A stretch of DNA of 64,000 nucleotides from Candidatus Poribacteria bacterium (GCA_965208325.1 OZ242326.1:768001-832000), one strand, 5' to 3'; counted from the first letter of the stretch, positions 19,701 to 28,367 are shown. Translations and numbers: made by a program. Notes: generated by a model from the sequence alone, not told the origin.

Positions 19701-21638
19701 GGGACAACGGTCATTGACAGTACTGTTAATGGCGATTTTCAACACTACGATGTCGGAGACGGTGTAATCCGTTTCTACTATGGGCCCCGCGCTGCCTTTA
19801 GGCACTACAGCTATCAGCTAGTCAGCTATGCGCCAGGCGAATACCGCGTCGCCCCAACTGTAATGCGCGACATTCAAAGCCCCGATAATATGCGGCTGGG
19901 ACCAGCGGCTTCGCTAACCGTGCTAGGACCAGGCGAAAAATCCAAAGACACCTATGAGATGAATAACGCAGAAAACTTTGCACTAGGGAAAGCCTATTTC
20001 GACGACGGGAAGTATGGCGATGCGCGCCCATTGCTCGAAACACTATACAAAGACAGTCCAAAATTCGACGCAAAAGAGACCGCGAGGATGCTTTTGTGGA
20101 TTTACACGACAGACGAACACTACGGTGCGAGGCATGTCGTCCAAGCTTTTGAGGGTTCTCGCTACCACTATCCAGATCTCGAAATTCCTTTTGACAGGAT
20201 TCAGGTAGTCAGCTCGGCATACCGTGATATTGGAGAATTTGAACGCGCAACCATGGTTCATCGCTCCGCAATCGATTCCAGCTTTGCTCGGGACGCGAAT
20301 GTTAGCGCGGCTCTTCAGGACCAAGGTGAATTCTTGCGTTCGATCGAATTCATTGAAGATTTGTGGCGTGAATACCCTGATACTCCTACGACCATTCCCG
20401 CCTACTTCGCAATCGCACAGTCTCTCTATGCGAGTAAAGATGCCGCGGATGGTAGAGCAAAACCAGCGCCCAAAATTCAAACCCTTAATCGAACGGTGGA
20501 GATTCTGTCTCAATTCTTGACGCTGTACCCGACGAATCCGCTAGCCGACGACGCCGCGTTTTCGCTCGCGAACGCATATATGGACCTGGAGGATTTTCAG
20601 AATGTAGTGCAACTTTGCCGCTTGAATCAGGCGTACCGCCCGGACAGCGTGCTGTTGAGCAGTTTTCAATATATGGAAGCGCTCGCGCTCTTTGCACTGA
20701 ACCAATATGACAAAGCCATTAAAGCAGCGACGCTTGTGGCATCAAGTGAAAGCGAAGACCGTGATTTTGCGCGGTACATCGTCGGGCAAATTTACCATGC
20801 GCAGGGCAAACCGGCACAAGCGATTGACTGGTACAGCCGTGTCAGGCAAATCTACCCCGATGCGGATGAATCCATCGCTCATTTTGAAGCGCAGCAGATT
20901 ACCATCCCCGAAGTCACAATTAAGCGCCCGAATACTGATGTGATTGTAGCGATGAATCATCGAAACATCAAGTCGGCAGAAATTCAGGTGTACCGTATTG
21001 ATCTGATGAATCTCTATCTGCGCGAGAAAAATCTCAGCCGTGTAACTCAAGTACATTTAGCGGGCATAGAACCGGAGGTCAGCCAAACCGTTGAGTTGAG
21101 TGACGAGAAAAATTACAAAGAGGCAACCCGCGACATCTCTCTACCAATTGCAGAAGATGGGGCATACCTCGTCATCTGCCGCGGCGGCAATCTGTCCGCG
21201 AGCGGTTTGATTTTGATTACGCCGTTGGAGATTGAGGTACAGGAGGGCGCCGTGAGCGGCCGTGTACGCGTCGTTGTGCGGGACGCGCTTTCAGGCAAAT
21301 ATCAATCGAGCGTCCATGTCAAAGCGGTAGGTTCTGCAGGCGGGCGATTTATCTCAGGCGAAACAGATTTCCGCGGCATTTTCATCGCCGACGGTATACA
21401 CGGCACGACTACTGTCATCGCCCGCCAAGGCACGAACCGTTATGCGTTCCATCGCGGCAATTTGTGGCTTGGTTCCCCACCCTCCGATTCAGAATCGCCC
21501 CCAATCCCAAGGGCAGCAACAGACTATCGTCAGCATCTCAAACATAAAAATCAAGCAATCCAAACGTCAAACATTGAGAGGTTTGACCGTCTGCGACGAG
21601 CACCCAGCAACGGAGTCCAGCTCCAGCACACTTATTAA
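13779..21638 (+). CDS. Giant secreted TPR-repeat plus alpha-2-macroglobulin-like (MG2/A2M) protein, 2619 aa
   Basis: Signal peptide; TPR-like helical repeats at both ends; YIYTDRPAYRP (MG2), SLALVDEALF, MPEKTTKWRLTARG, QNEDGGWS and PGEYRVAP motifs. Confidence 0.9.
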   Translation: MKKFVLIALATLILSQVNTTRSTTDHASHEPIQSALQSKRFNDAVHLIDTALTASENQPDYLLYLKGLALFHNGDYRNAIGTCGQVIQDYPDSTWLRKAAFLQAKSHLKLKEFKQAEAIYSKEVSRLLSSRRKSEIAQIYIQLAETFAQKPNDADLDAPQPNYQKAYELYQKVLTLEIDANLRETAAFQLGRMMQLQENYAQAVVDYEAYLTQFDPSFQRPPALPMPSKKSKTLDGRRYHARYHLAECQIALNQHLQARLTLEDMLKLADVGSKALLPLAKDARFLLTRTYRFPAPNSNEELELGVQSARRFQEQFPRDLRSMTLAHEIAEAYRARHRSEEALAAYQDVIDKKSFKVTQKKWQISNLNNQDYHYLRTSAAFQIGNILFEQRKYNHAIEAWNRYIREFPNGPQWTDAQQGIVNAEFQIGVTLLAAEKHEEAVNAFDAFQAKHPLDERVRQIMFIYGQIHAHKSEHQLAIAEWEKLVRKFPNTEESSLALFRIGQTYEIKLGDLENALESYRRLTWGSWHPHAQEVIRQMTEKSLQLVTPRTFRTNEPPYVHVSLRNIESLTVNLYKLNLEAYWRKMHEVKGVEDLDLGLIEPNKTWQYNVPEYEKHKSFECEINIPFAGPGVYAVQLGDESLESTTLLIRSDIETITKTSRREVLVFVQNMLNGEVVADAKVLVSDGSSVIFEGRTGADGVLHATERGILDYASVENQLKDASRVAAFVVKGGHAAADGLDISGLGFSKGLTPRGYIYTDRPAYRPRESVSLRGIIRDVSDGAYVVPDGAPFNVSVIDARGRQIHKEEVTLSQFGGFDTQLQLDNAASVGEYRIRVAQFDPDTKLDIPSHIFTGNFQVQRFQLEKVQLLLDFPRSVYFRGEQVDATFTARYYYGQPVKNAKIQYKLPDGRSYTETADNRGILKVNFDTASMQPGKPLHFSGTVLGENVSVKTSVTLAHLGYSISVQPDAKLVLSGEPFHVTVHTKGADGRPVGKKLTVKVVKKQSSSPISPVMSQVPWINREGVFRSAEIIIQEHSLQTDSLTGAGTIQLALNTGGVFEVRASGTDRFGQTVVGSRSVTISDDGDKTKLRIFAQGTKTQVGASETLRLHSRLKPVHTLITYEGEVIIGYEVRVLKPGNNRLQFTIGHQHFPDFYIGVAAIEDRSLHTARKRFTVERQLNLSVTWTDTDPIHGSNQTLPGYMPGAAAKIQVRATDQLGQPVRAEFSLALVDEALFAIYKDGVMNINDFFQKGLRRRAAMRTASSCTFQYMPTTRPVVQEALAEARRLLIEAEALSLEDIDSGKTAERVFSRKRRVRPSVLKRAMRERRPNVPSYDEPKVREESTYAGFWIGIVITDDAGLAIVTIPMPEKTTKWRLTARGSTVDTLVGQVSVNAVTRKDLFLNVRTPAFVTEGDELRLGVRLHNMTDYRGEADVQITMSVDESQPVYRDHKRTTITAQDAAEIIFDRFTIPSGKLHTSSQPSQITIEAMATAGSLSDGIQRTIPVRPWGLEYTDTQSGTAASNKTVYVQLPSDLRYTRKGLSVNIGPSVSRLIYDLALDHYPRPYQIGSVRRPLIIPSDAGSDLLAVASAIDYQKQVDGNPTDNRRLLTRAMTLVNRLVTTQNEDGGWSLVRGAAGSNGRVSARNLWALTTTRGSGVAVNDQTIANAVHFLKTAFAQTDKNGEDTQASTLHALSTLGDVDFAHANRLYRRRNQLSNVSLAYAALVFVNLNRLEIAGEILDILERRGLLPDEKRNSKASTSYAASGQVETVALALLSMQAVRPSSAWVKDAVDYLIDQRRYYGYSPYAAKGAVVAALATYYQAAQYAADDYRLILLVNGEPLETIAIQKDSINRLIHVPAAQILDGQNRVEMQIEGQGTYTYLVTISGFSQDVPNWVGAEPEMGGSLKNTRINRRYLHPPLEYRGKPIGVQSTSGITQLEAGAKMQVSVNIVHGIGALTPDHRSKGAYVVVDEFFPAGTTVIDSTVNGDFQHYDVGDGVIRFYYGPRAAFRHYSYQLVSYAPGEYRVAPTVMRDIQSPDNMRLGPAASLTVLGPGEKSKDTYEMNNAENFALGKAYFDDGKYGDARPLLETLYKDSPKFDAKETARMLLWIYTTDEHYGARHVVQAFEGSRYHYPDLEIPFDRIQVVSSAYRDIGEFERATMVHRSAIDSSFARDANVSAALQDQGEFLRSIEFIEDLWREYPDTPTTIPAYFAIAQSLYASKDAADGRAKPAPKIQTLNRTVEILSQFLTLYPTNPLADDAAFSLANAYMDLEDFQNVVQLCRLNQAYRPDSVLLSSFQYMEALALFALNQYDKAIKAATLVASSESEDRDFARYIVGQIYHAQGKPAQAIDWYSRVRQIYPDADESIAHFEAQQITIPEVTIKRPNTDVIVAMNHRNIKSAEIQVYRIDLMNLYLREKNLSRVTQVHLAGIEPEVSQTVELSDEKNYKEATRDISLPIAEDGAYLVICRGGNLSASGLILITPLEIEVQEGAVSGRVRVVVRDALSGKYQSSVHVKAVGSAGGRFISGETDFRGIFIADGIHGTTTVIARQGTNRYAFHRGNLWLGSPPSDSESPPIPRAATDYRQHLKHKNQAIQTSNIERFDRLRRAPSNGVQLQHTY

Positions 21639-21766
21639 GCGCGGCCATGTGGTATACCCCAACCGTCCCGCTTAGGTTACCACCACCACCCCGTTATTTA
21701 CCCTACGCTCCCTTACGAATTCTAAACCAATTTGGTGTTCTTCATGCAAAAAAAATCGTCCTGTTG

Positions 21767-21791
21767 GGAACATCCGTTGAGAATTCGCGTC
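21767..21791 (+). promoter_or_regulatory. Possible ECF-type promoter upstream of the ECF sigma gene
   Basis: GGAAC-16 bp-CGTC, about 60 nt before the start codon. Confidence 0.4.
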
Positions 21792-21854
21792 TTAATAATC
21801 AAATGTGTATTTCCAGAAAACCGGCAATCTAACGCTTAACACCGGGAGATTTCA

Positions 21855-24707
21855 GTGGCGCAAAGTGATGCCGAACTTATAAGGCGTACGTTGGACGGCG
21901 ATGATAACGCATTCGGCTTTTTGGTGGACAAATACAAGGGCGCCGTGCACGCCCTCGCTTACCGAAAAATCGGTGACTTTCACATTGCTGAAGACATTAC
22001 GCAAGACACTTTCCTCAAGGCATACCAGAAACTTTCTACGCTGAAGCGTCACGAAAACTTTTCGGGATGGTTATATGTGATTGCGGCGCGGTGCTGCATC
22101 TCCTGGCTTCGAGAAAATCAGCACCCAATGCAATCTCTTGAGCAGGTAGGTGCGGCACAGGTCGAAGCATCCGCAGAACGGGAGTATTCGGCCGATCGGG
22201 TGCGTAAGCAACTGCAGGAAGCGCTGGAAAACCTACCTGAAAGCGACCGAACCGTTCTGACGCTGCACTACCTTGGCGGGATGACCTACGAAGAGGTAAG
22301 CCGTTTCATCGGTGCTTCAACCGGCGCCGTCAAGAACCGTCTCTATCGGGCACGACACCATCTGAAGGAGGAGCTAATTAAAATGATACATCAGACTTGG
22401 GGGACTCTCCAACTTCCACCAACTTTCACGCAGCAGTTGGTTGAAAAAATCTACCGTCTCAATCCAGCTCCAGCACCGGTCAGCAAACCGCAGGCGCCAT
22501 GGATCACTGCGGTAACGCTTGGCGTGGCGGCACTTTTTGTTGTGGCTGGCAAGTTATTCACATCTGAATTCCAGCAGCCCTATTCGCTCAATCCATCTAC
22601 ATCAGTAAAATTAATCGAATTGACAGAGGCACCAATAGTTGAGACACCTTTGCCGAAACCGTCATTTGCCAATCACTATGATGGAGATGGCAATCCTGTT
22701 ATGGCTTTCGCAGCCGGCGGCGGCGATACGAAACAGGTAGATAAACTGCGAGGTAGCATTTCTGGGCACGTCATTTACGCCGGTACTGGGAAACCTGCCG
22801 CTGACGTACCCATTCGTGCTGCAGGAATCCAGCCGGGTATCGGAGATGCGCACGCGCACACGGGTGCAGATGGAACGTATGTTTTGGAGAATGTTCCCGT
22901 TGGACCATACGTTGTCATGATCGGCGACACCTGGGAATGGCATGAAACCTTTGATTGGCGGGCGCCGGCTAATGAAGGCATCCATGTCGAACCAGACAGC
23001 ATCTCGACGGGTGTTGATTTTTCATTAACGCCGGGAGGATTCGTTGAAGGCAAGATAACCGACGGCGACACAGGCGAACCTGTCGCGGGCGTACAGATCC
23101 AGGTTTATGATGCCGCACACCCAAACAGTCAAGGCGTGGGGCATCGGCTTAACACCGACAACCAAGGGCGTTATCGTTTTCGTGTAACGCCCGGAAGAGT
23201 CCTTGTTGTAGCCAACACAACCAACAACGACGCACCGTATTACATACCATTCCCTGGCGGTGAATTTTACGGGGAAGTCGCAGAGAGTGAAACGCTTTCT
23301 GATATCGACTTTGAATGTCTACGTGGCTATAGCATACACGGCACGTTGGTTACAGCGGACGAGCAGCCGATCGCGGGCGCGTCCGTCCGGGCAAATATCA
23401 TTCCAATCAAGGGTTTAGTCGAATTGCCGAATCACGCTGCGACAGATGCACAAGGAAGATTCACATTGAAAGGAATACCAGTAAACGAAGAAACTGAACA
23501 GTTAGTAATCATTGCAGAACATGATAATCTCCGCGGCAGAGCGAGCTGGTCCAAGGAACAAGTTAGTGCCGTCGAAATTACGCTCGTACCCCGACCTACC
23601 GCTACCATTGTCGGTCAAGTAATTGACGTGCAAGGAAGTCCAATTTCCCATGCCGGAATTGGGTTGAGTTGGGAGGAGGGCTTCGCAGGCACAGCCACTA
23701 CTTCACCCAATTCACCAGTTGTAGTGACAAGCCCAGAGGGTAATTTCACTGTCGGTCCAACATTCTCGTTCGGTAAATCGTGGTTGGAAGTCGGTGGAAA
23801 ATATCAGATTCATGCCACGGCGGCGGAGTATGGAAGAACTTCTTCAGAATGGTTTACTCTGCAAGAAGGCGAACACACAATTCCGGCGCTTGTTTTGCAT
23901 AGAGCAGAACACTTCATTGCCGGGCAAGTTGCGGACTGGAAGGGTCAGCCTGTCAGTGGCGCAACCGTTTTCGCAGAAGGCAGTCGCACAGCAGTAAACG
24001 GCGTCTCTGACCACGAAGGGAGATTTAGTCTGAGTAATATTGCTGATAGTCGAATTAAAGTGTATGCATTTCATCAAGGTCCCGACTGTTCTGACACAGA
24101 TGCCGAATTTGATGCAAATCGGGAGGATGTGCGCGTTATATTGGCACCGAATAAACCCATGATTAGTGATGTTGCAGGCAATAGTATCCGATTCGACCCT
24201 TTTCCGTACCCACTTGAAGGTAAGCAGGCACCCGAACTGAAAATCTATAGCCGGCACAGTTGGTTGAACTCCGAACCCATTGCGCTGAGTTCACTGCGCG
24301 GCAAAATTGCTGTCTTAAATTTTTGGTCGACCTATGTCAACCAAGAAAGTTGCGACCCTTGGCTTCCAACGCTAAATCGCATCCATGAGAAATATAGCGA
24401 TAAGGGAGTAATTGTAATCGGTGTACATACGTCCGTGCATCAATTGGAGGGACACCCTGACATTCAAGAAATTGAGAAATCGGTTATCCAGTGGCGGATA
24501 AAATACCCGATTGCTATTGATTCGGCAGGAGCTAACGCTAATGTTGACGTGAATGACTGGCCGAGTCAATTCGGCGCAACGTTTAACGACTACCTCGTAC
24601 GGTCCCTTCCAACAATCCTATTCGTCGACAGGGCGGGCAAAGTCAGAACACTTTTTCTCATCGGAGGTACCCTCGACGAGAAAGTGAACGCGTTATTGAA
24701 CGAGTAA
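21855..24707 (+). CDS. ECF sigma-70 factor fused to TM helix, carboxypeptidase-regulatory-like repeats and a redoxin-like domain
   Basis: Region 2 AEDITQDTFLKAY..FSGWLY; region 4 GAVKNRLYRAR; TM WITAVTLGVAALFVV; repeated G-x-V..G-x-P beta-sandwich units; C-terminal LRGKIAVLNFWST...LPTILFVDRAGKVR. Confidence 0.9.
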   Translation: MAQSDAELIRRTLDGDDNAFGFLVDKYKGAVHALAYRKIGDFHIAEDITQDTFLKAYQKLSTLKRHENFSGWLYVIAARCCISWLRENQHPMQSLEQVGAAQVEASAEREYSADRVRKQLQEALENLPESDRTVLTLHYLGGMTYEEVSRFIGASTGAVKNRLYRARHHLKEELIKMIHQTWGTLQLPPTFTQQLVEKIYRLNPAPAPVSKPQAPWITAVTLGVAALFVVAGKLFTSEFQQPYSLNPSTSVKLIELTEAPIVETPLPKPSFANHYDGDGNPVMAFAAGGGDTKQVDKLRGSISGHVIYAGTGKPAADVPIRAAGIQPGIGDAHAHTGADGTYVLENVPVGPYVVMIGDTWEWHETFDWRAPANEGIHVEPDSISTGVDFSLTPGGFVEGKITDGDTGEPVAGVQIQVYDAAHPNSQGVGHRLNTDNQGRYRFRVTPGRVLVVANTTNNDAPYYIPFPGGEFYGEVAESETLSDIDFECLRGYSIHGTLVTADEQPIAGASVRANIIPIKGLVELPNHAATDAQGRFTLKGIPVNEETEQLVIIAEHDNLRGRASWSKEQVSAVEITLVPRPTATIVGQVIDVQGSPISHAGIGLSWEEGFAGTATTSPNSPVVVTSPEGNFTVGPTFSFGKSWLEVGGKYQIHATAAEYGRTSSEWFTLQEGEHTIPALVLHRAEHFIAGQVADWKGQPVSGATVFAEGSRTAVNGVSDHEGRFSLSNIADSRIKVYAFHQGPDCSDTDAEFDANREDVRVILAPNKPMISDVAGNSIRFDPFPYPLEGKQAPELKIYSRHSWLNSEPIALSSLRGKIAVLNFWSTYVNQESCDPWLPTLNRIHEKYSDKGVIVIGVHTSVHQLEGHPDIQEIEKSVIQWRIKYPIAIDSAGANANVDVNDWPSQFGATFNDYLVRSLPTILFVDRAGKVRTLFLIGGTLDEKVNALLNE

Positions 24708-24745
24708 CCGAAATCTCCCAGTTGACTTTGCACCAGACTGTTTAT

Positions 24746-25057
24746 TGTAGGTTGGGTGGAGTGCCACTATGTTCAGTCGAGCGTTCGGGTGAGACTGTAG
24801 GTTGGGTTGAGCGGTGTAAACGAACCAACGCATGTATGCCCGGTGCGTTACAAGTTCTGATTGCGTTCAAAATTTGACCTGATGAAGCGTAACCCAACGT
24901 TTTTTGTTAAATGCGAAGTGTATTGCTGACCAGTGGTTGCAGCATGTGAATAGCGTCGGGTTACGCTCCGCACGTTTCGCACGCCACGTCGTTCAATAAT
25001 CGGGATGAAACTCGACGGAGTATTGCGTTTGGAATTTCCCGCTTAACCCAACCTACA
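24746..25057. repeat. REP/REPIN-like non-autonomous element with nested inverted repeats
   Basis: Outer IR tgtaggttgggttgagcgg (24796-24814) vs 25039-25057, 18/19; inner IR 24886-24899 vs 24954-24967, 13/14; extra partial copy 24746-24763. Confidence 0.8.
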
Positions 25058-25082
25058 AGAGCTAGGGCTGGTGAGCGGGGGT

Positions 25083-25454
25083 TCATAACTGAATCCCAAG
25101 TCTTCGACACCGCTTGCGAATCTTTTTGATTGCGCCTCCGACCTGTTTCCCGTTTCGTGTAACGCCGAAAAGATGTTGACTCACAACTCGCCGCCGAATC
25201 CCAAGGATATTGCCAATCTCCTCCTGCGTCTTACCCTCATAAAAGTAGAGTTGGACACACCGCGCCTGTTGGGCGGTCAATTCGTTGCCGATAATCTGGC
25301 GAATCTGCTGTAAGACCTGCTGCTGTTTGGCGCGATATTCGTTTGTATGTGCATCGACGAATGGTTGATACCGAAGATAATCTTCTGTGCTGAACTGCTC
25401 AAAATACTCTGGTGGAACCGGAACTTCCCAAAAGTCCGGATTGAAATTTGGCAT
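25083..25454 (-). CDS. Stand-alone sigma-70 region 4-like HTH protein
   Basis: LTAQQARCVQLYFYEGKTQEEIGNILGIRRRVVSQHL; AAGGAG RBS. Confidence 0.8.
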   Translation of the reverse strand: MPNFNPDFWEVPVPPEYFEQFSTEDYLRYQPFVDAHTNEYRAKQQQVLQQIRQIIGNELTAQQARCVQLYFYEGKTQEEIGNILGIRRRVVSQHLFGVTRNGKQVGGAIKKIRKRCRRLGIQL

Positions 25455-25543
25455 AGATCACTTCTCCTTTAGTAACCGCAAGTTACCCGCATTGCAGCAG
25501 GGTGCCTATGCCGTATTCAATACCAACTCAGAGATAAAATCCC

Positions 25544-25627
25544 TTAACGGTAAACTCGGAGGACAAGGCACCACCGCGTTAGATTAGTAAAGTCAGTGTG
25601 AATTACCGCCCCTTTCAAGGTGGTCAT
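25544..25627 (-). CDS. Putative 27-aa small ORF or leader peptide (MTTLKGAVIHTDFTNLTRWCLVLRVYR)
   Basis: AAGGAGG RBS 6 nt before ATG; below the ORF-track size cutoff. Confidence 0.35.
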   Translation of the reverse strand: MTTLKGAVIHTDFTNLTRWCLVLRVYR

Positions 25628-25843
25628 TCTGTTCCTCCTTTCCTACCCATAGTGTTTCAATTGGTTGAGTTACGCGAACAGCGTTCGATCGAGTGAATAA
25701 ATTAAGCGTACGAATATCGAGCGCGATAGTTCTTAATGGAACGACTACCCAGCTGCCTTCACATGCTGCTTGCAACCATGACTCATTTCAAATGCCAAAA
25801 CGCTTCGGCCTTCTCCGCCGGCCAACCTCGTCAAAATCGCGCC

Positions 25844-25892
25844 CTACTCGTTACCCATTACGCATTACTCTTTACGCATTACTCTTTACTCT
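25844..25892. repeat. 7-bp short tandem repeat (TTACnnn), seven units
   Basis: ctactcg ttaccca ttacgca ttactct ttacgca ttactct ttactct. Confidence 0.8.
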
Positions 25893-26176
25893 GCATCTTC
25901 CGAGTTATTCGAGTCTTCCGGCGAGTTTGCACCAATCCACTGTGGCAGACGCGAGTGGTGAATGACCCAATAGAAAAACACTACTAACACGCCGCCTGCG
26001 AGTATCGCAAAAGACCAAATAATGGGCCAAACGAGAACCGGTTTTTCAGGCAGTCGCTTTGCGTCGCAAAACACCGCTACGGCAAAGCAAACATGCACAA
26101 TGATCGAAAGTACCGCAAAACAGATTCCGTACGCCTCAAGAAAATCTGTCCCCAAAATCTGAAATAGATACGCCAT
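25886..26176 (-). CDS. Small two-TM membrane protein
   Basis: Probable start MAYLFQ after GGAGG; IVHVCFAVAVFCDA and WSFAILAGGVLVVFFYWVIHHS. Confidence 0.75.
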   Translation of the reverse strand: MAYLFQILGTDFLEAYGICFAVLSIIVHVCFAVAVFCDAKRLPEKPVLVWPIIWSFAILAGGVLVVFFYWVIHHSRLPQWIGANSPEDSNNSEDAE

Positions 26177-26306
26177 CTCCGTTTTCCTCCTCCGGATGAA
26201 CACTACCCTCTTTTACACAAGTTCGGATGCACTTTTGAAGGCGTTGCGTGAAAATTAACGACACTCATGCGTTCCTAGTCAGCGAACCTTGATGCCCAAC
26301 TGAAAC

Positions 26307-26335
26307 ATTATAGTTGTGCGTTACTCTGAATTCAA
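26307..26335 (-). promoter_or_regulatory. Sigma70-type promoter
   Basis: TTGAAT-17 bp-TATAAT on the minus strand. Confidence 0.55.
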
Positions 26336-26478
26336 GCAAAAACTCTCCGCACGCATACGAGCGGCTGCATAATATTGCTTTCATGTGATACAATAAATCC
26401 CCAATCGCACACCGTGTTCTGATACTGTGTAAAACCTCTCGGTTCCATTCGATTCAAAGCCATAGGAGATTAAGTGAC

Positions 26479-28155
26479 ATGTGTTCAAAAATGCCGCCGC
26501 CAAAATCCGGCACTGACAATCGCACACCGAAGGAAAAAATTGACGCCATCCACCGCCCGAAGTGGTGCATTGACACAGACGACGGCAGGCTTTACTGGGA
26601 CCTAATCTGTGCGGCAATTCGCAACGATGAAAAGACGCTCGCTGAACATCTGGAGAGAAACCCAGACTGCGCACGCCTTGAGTTCTGGTATACGCCGCCG
26701 ATTCATTTTGCAGTACGCGAGGGGAATTTGGAGGCAACGCGGCTGTTATGGAATACCTATGCCTACGAAGACGTGACCAAGCTCATCGCCATGGCGGACG
26801 ACCGCGGCCATGCCGTGGTAGCGGAGTTTTTGCGCGGTTCAATCCGACATGGATTTGCCGACGCGGATTTCCGCCTTCACAAGGTCGTTCAGACCCGAAA
26901 TTACAGCGCCGTGGGACGGCTGTTAAGAACTCATCCGGAAATCGCCGAACACCGCGATTCAGAAGGCAGAACCGCGCTCCACCTCGCGGTCATCTCCGGC
27001 AACCTGCGCGCTGCGCGTTCACTATTAGCCGCCGGGGTGGAGATTGACCCTGTCGATCACTTCGGCTTTCGACCGGTTCACTACACCTGCTGGAAAAACC
27101 AATACTGGGCATGCGTTAAAGGCGGCGCCGCCCTCCTAAATGCCCTGCTCGACACTGGCGCCGCCGACAGTGTTACGCTCGCGGCAGCCCGCGGAGACCT
27201 AAACTCTGTCCGTGCATTCGTCGAGGCGAATTCGGCGGCTGTAAATGACGGTGAGTCGCTCCAGAAACGGCCCCTATCTGCAGCGGTGGAGCGCGGCCAC
27301 CGCGAAATCGTGCGTTACCTGCTTGACCGCGGCGCCGATCCGACACTGTCGGAGAGCCGGCTCTGCCCGCACGGTTCCGCACTCATGACGGCATCGGTAA
27401 ACGATTATGTAGAGATTGCCCGATGGCTGTTGGACGCCGGCGCCAACCCCAACCACGGAATCGACTCGTCGGGAACGCCTGCGACTCGCGCATCGTCAGA
27501 TGAAATGCGTGGGCTAATGTACGAATACGGCGGGCGCCCCGAAGCCGCCTGGGGCGTCGCTCAACGCGGTGACCTTGAAACCTTAGCTGTGATTTTGAGT
27601 TACTGCGACGATCCTTTCAGCATTACGGAGAGTGAATTTCTTTCGACGCCTTACACCGCCATCGTGAGCGGCTGCGGACGCCGCCTCGATAGGGGAGAGT
27701 CTACTGCTGGCTGCGAAGCCATGCTGCGCATTTTCTTGCAACGCCAGTTTCCCATGCCCAAGGTGCTAACCGAGTGCAAGAGTTACCTGTACCATGCGCC
27801 GCACATGACGCGGCAGCTGCTGGAGAACGGACTCGACCCCAACTTGCACGACTGGCAGCGGCGCACGCCGCTGCACGACCTGTGCGCCGGATTGCGGCAC
27901 GTCGCGGATTCAGCGCAGTTGGTGCAGATGTTTATCCAACACGGCGCCGATGTCAACGCGATTGACGAAGAAGATTTGTCAACCCCGCTTGGCATCGCGG
28001 TGCGTGAAGGGAATGCGGCGCTCGTCAAACTGCTACTGGAGAACGGAGCAGACCCAAACGGCGCCGGCGCAAACTGGGCTAAACCGCTGGCATGGGCGCA
28101 GCGGCGGGGGCACGATATGATTGAGGCGACATTGCGTGAGTGCGGCGCTAACTAG
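26479..28155 (+). CDS. Ankyrin-repeat protein
   Basis: Repeated TPPIHFAVREGN, GRTALHLAVISGN, RPLSAAVERGHREIVRYLLDRGADP and STPLGIAVREGNAALVKLLLENGADPN. Confidence 0.95.
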   Translation: MCSKMPPPKSGTDNRTPKEKIDAIHRPKWCIDTDDGRLYWDLICAAIRNDEKTLAEHLERNPDCARLEFWYTPPIHFAVREGNLEATRLLWNTYAYEDVTKLIAMADDRGHAVVAEFLRGSIRHGFADADFRLHKVVQTRNYSAVGRLLRTHPEIAEHRDSEGRTALHLAVISGNLRAARSLLAAGVEIDPVDHFGFRPVHYTCWKNQYWACVKGGAALLNALLDTGAADSVTLAAARGDLNSVRAFVEANSAAVNDGESLQKRPLSAAVERGHREIVRYLLDRGADPTLSESRLCPHGSALMTASVNDYVEIARWLLDAGANPNHGIDSSGTPATRASSDEMRGLMYEYGGRPEAAWGVAQRGDLETLAVILSYCDDPFSITESEFLSTPYTAIVSGCGRRLDRGESTAGCEAMLRIFLQRQFPMPKVLTECKSYLYHAPHMTRQLLENGLDPNLHDWQRRTPLHDLCAGLRHVADSAQLVQMFIQHGADVNAIDEEDLSTPLGIAVREGNAALVKLLLENGADPNGAGANWAKPLAWAQRRGHDMIEATLRECGAN

Positions 28156-28289
28156 ACCTCGCATCCTGCCTGCATAGGTTCTCCCGCGTAATGTGAGATG
28201 CGTGGTGGTCATTGTCTGAACTTTGAAATTTAGGATTCAAGGGTTTGCAGAACTAGCGGCACTTCTGGATTGAGAATCCTCAATCAAGC

Positions 28290-28353
28290 AAAAAAAATGC
28301 GGAGCCAACCCGGACGGACGGTATCTTACTTCCCGTTCGGGCTGAACTCCGCA
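28290..28353 (-). terminator. Probable intrinsic terminator after the His-rich protein gene
   Basis: tgcggag...ctccgca outer stem with inner pairing; A-run on plus strand gives a U-tract on minus. Confidence 0.6.
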
Positions 28354-28367
28354 CCTAAATTTCCAAC

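Noticed and set aside
24310..24365. Selenocysteine in the redoxin domain of the ECF fusion
   Set aside because: The frame is open with no TGA; the first Cys of the motif is simply absent.
25675..25687. Gram-positive type LexA box
   Set aside because: The spacer is 3 nt rather than the 4 nt of GAAC-N4-GTTC; kept only as a generic palindrome.
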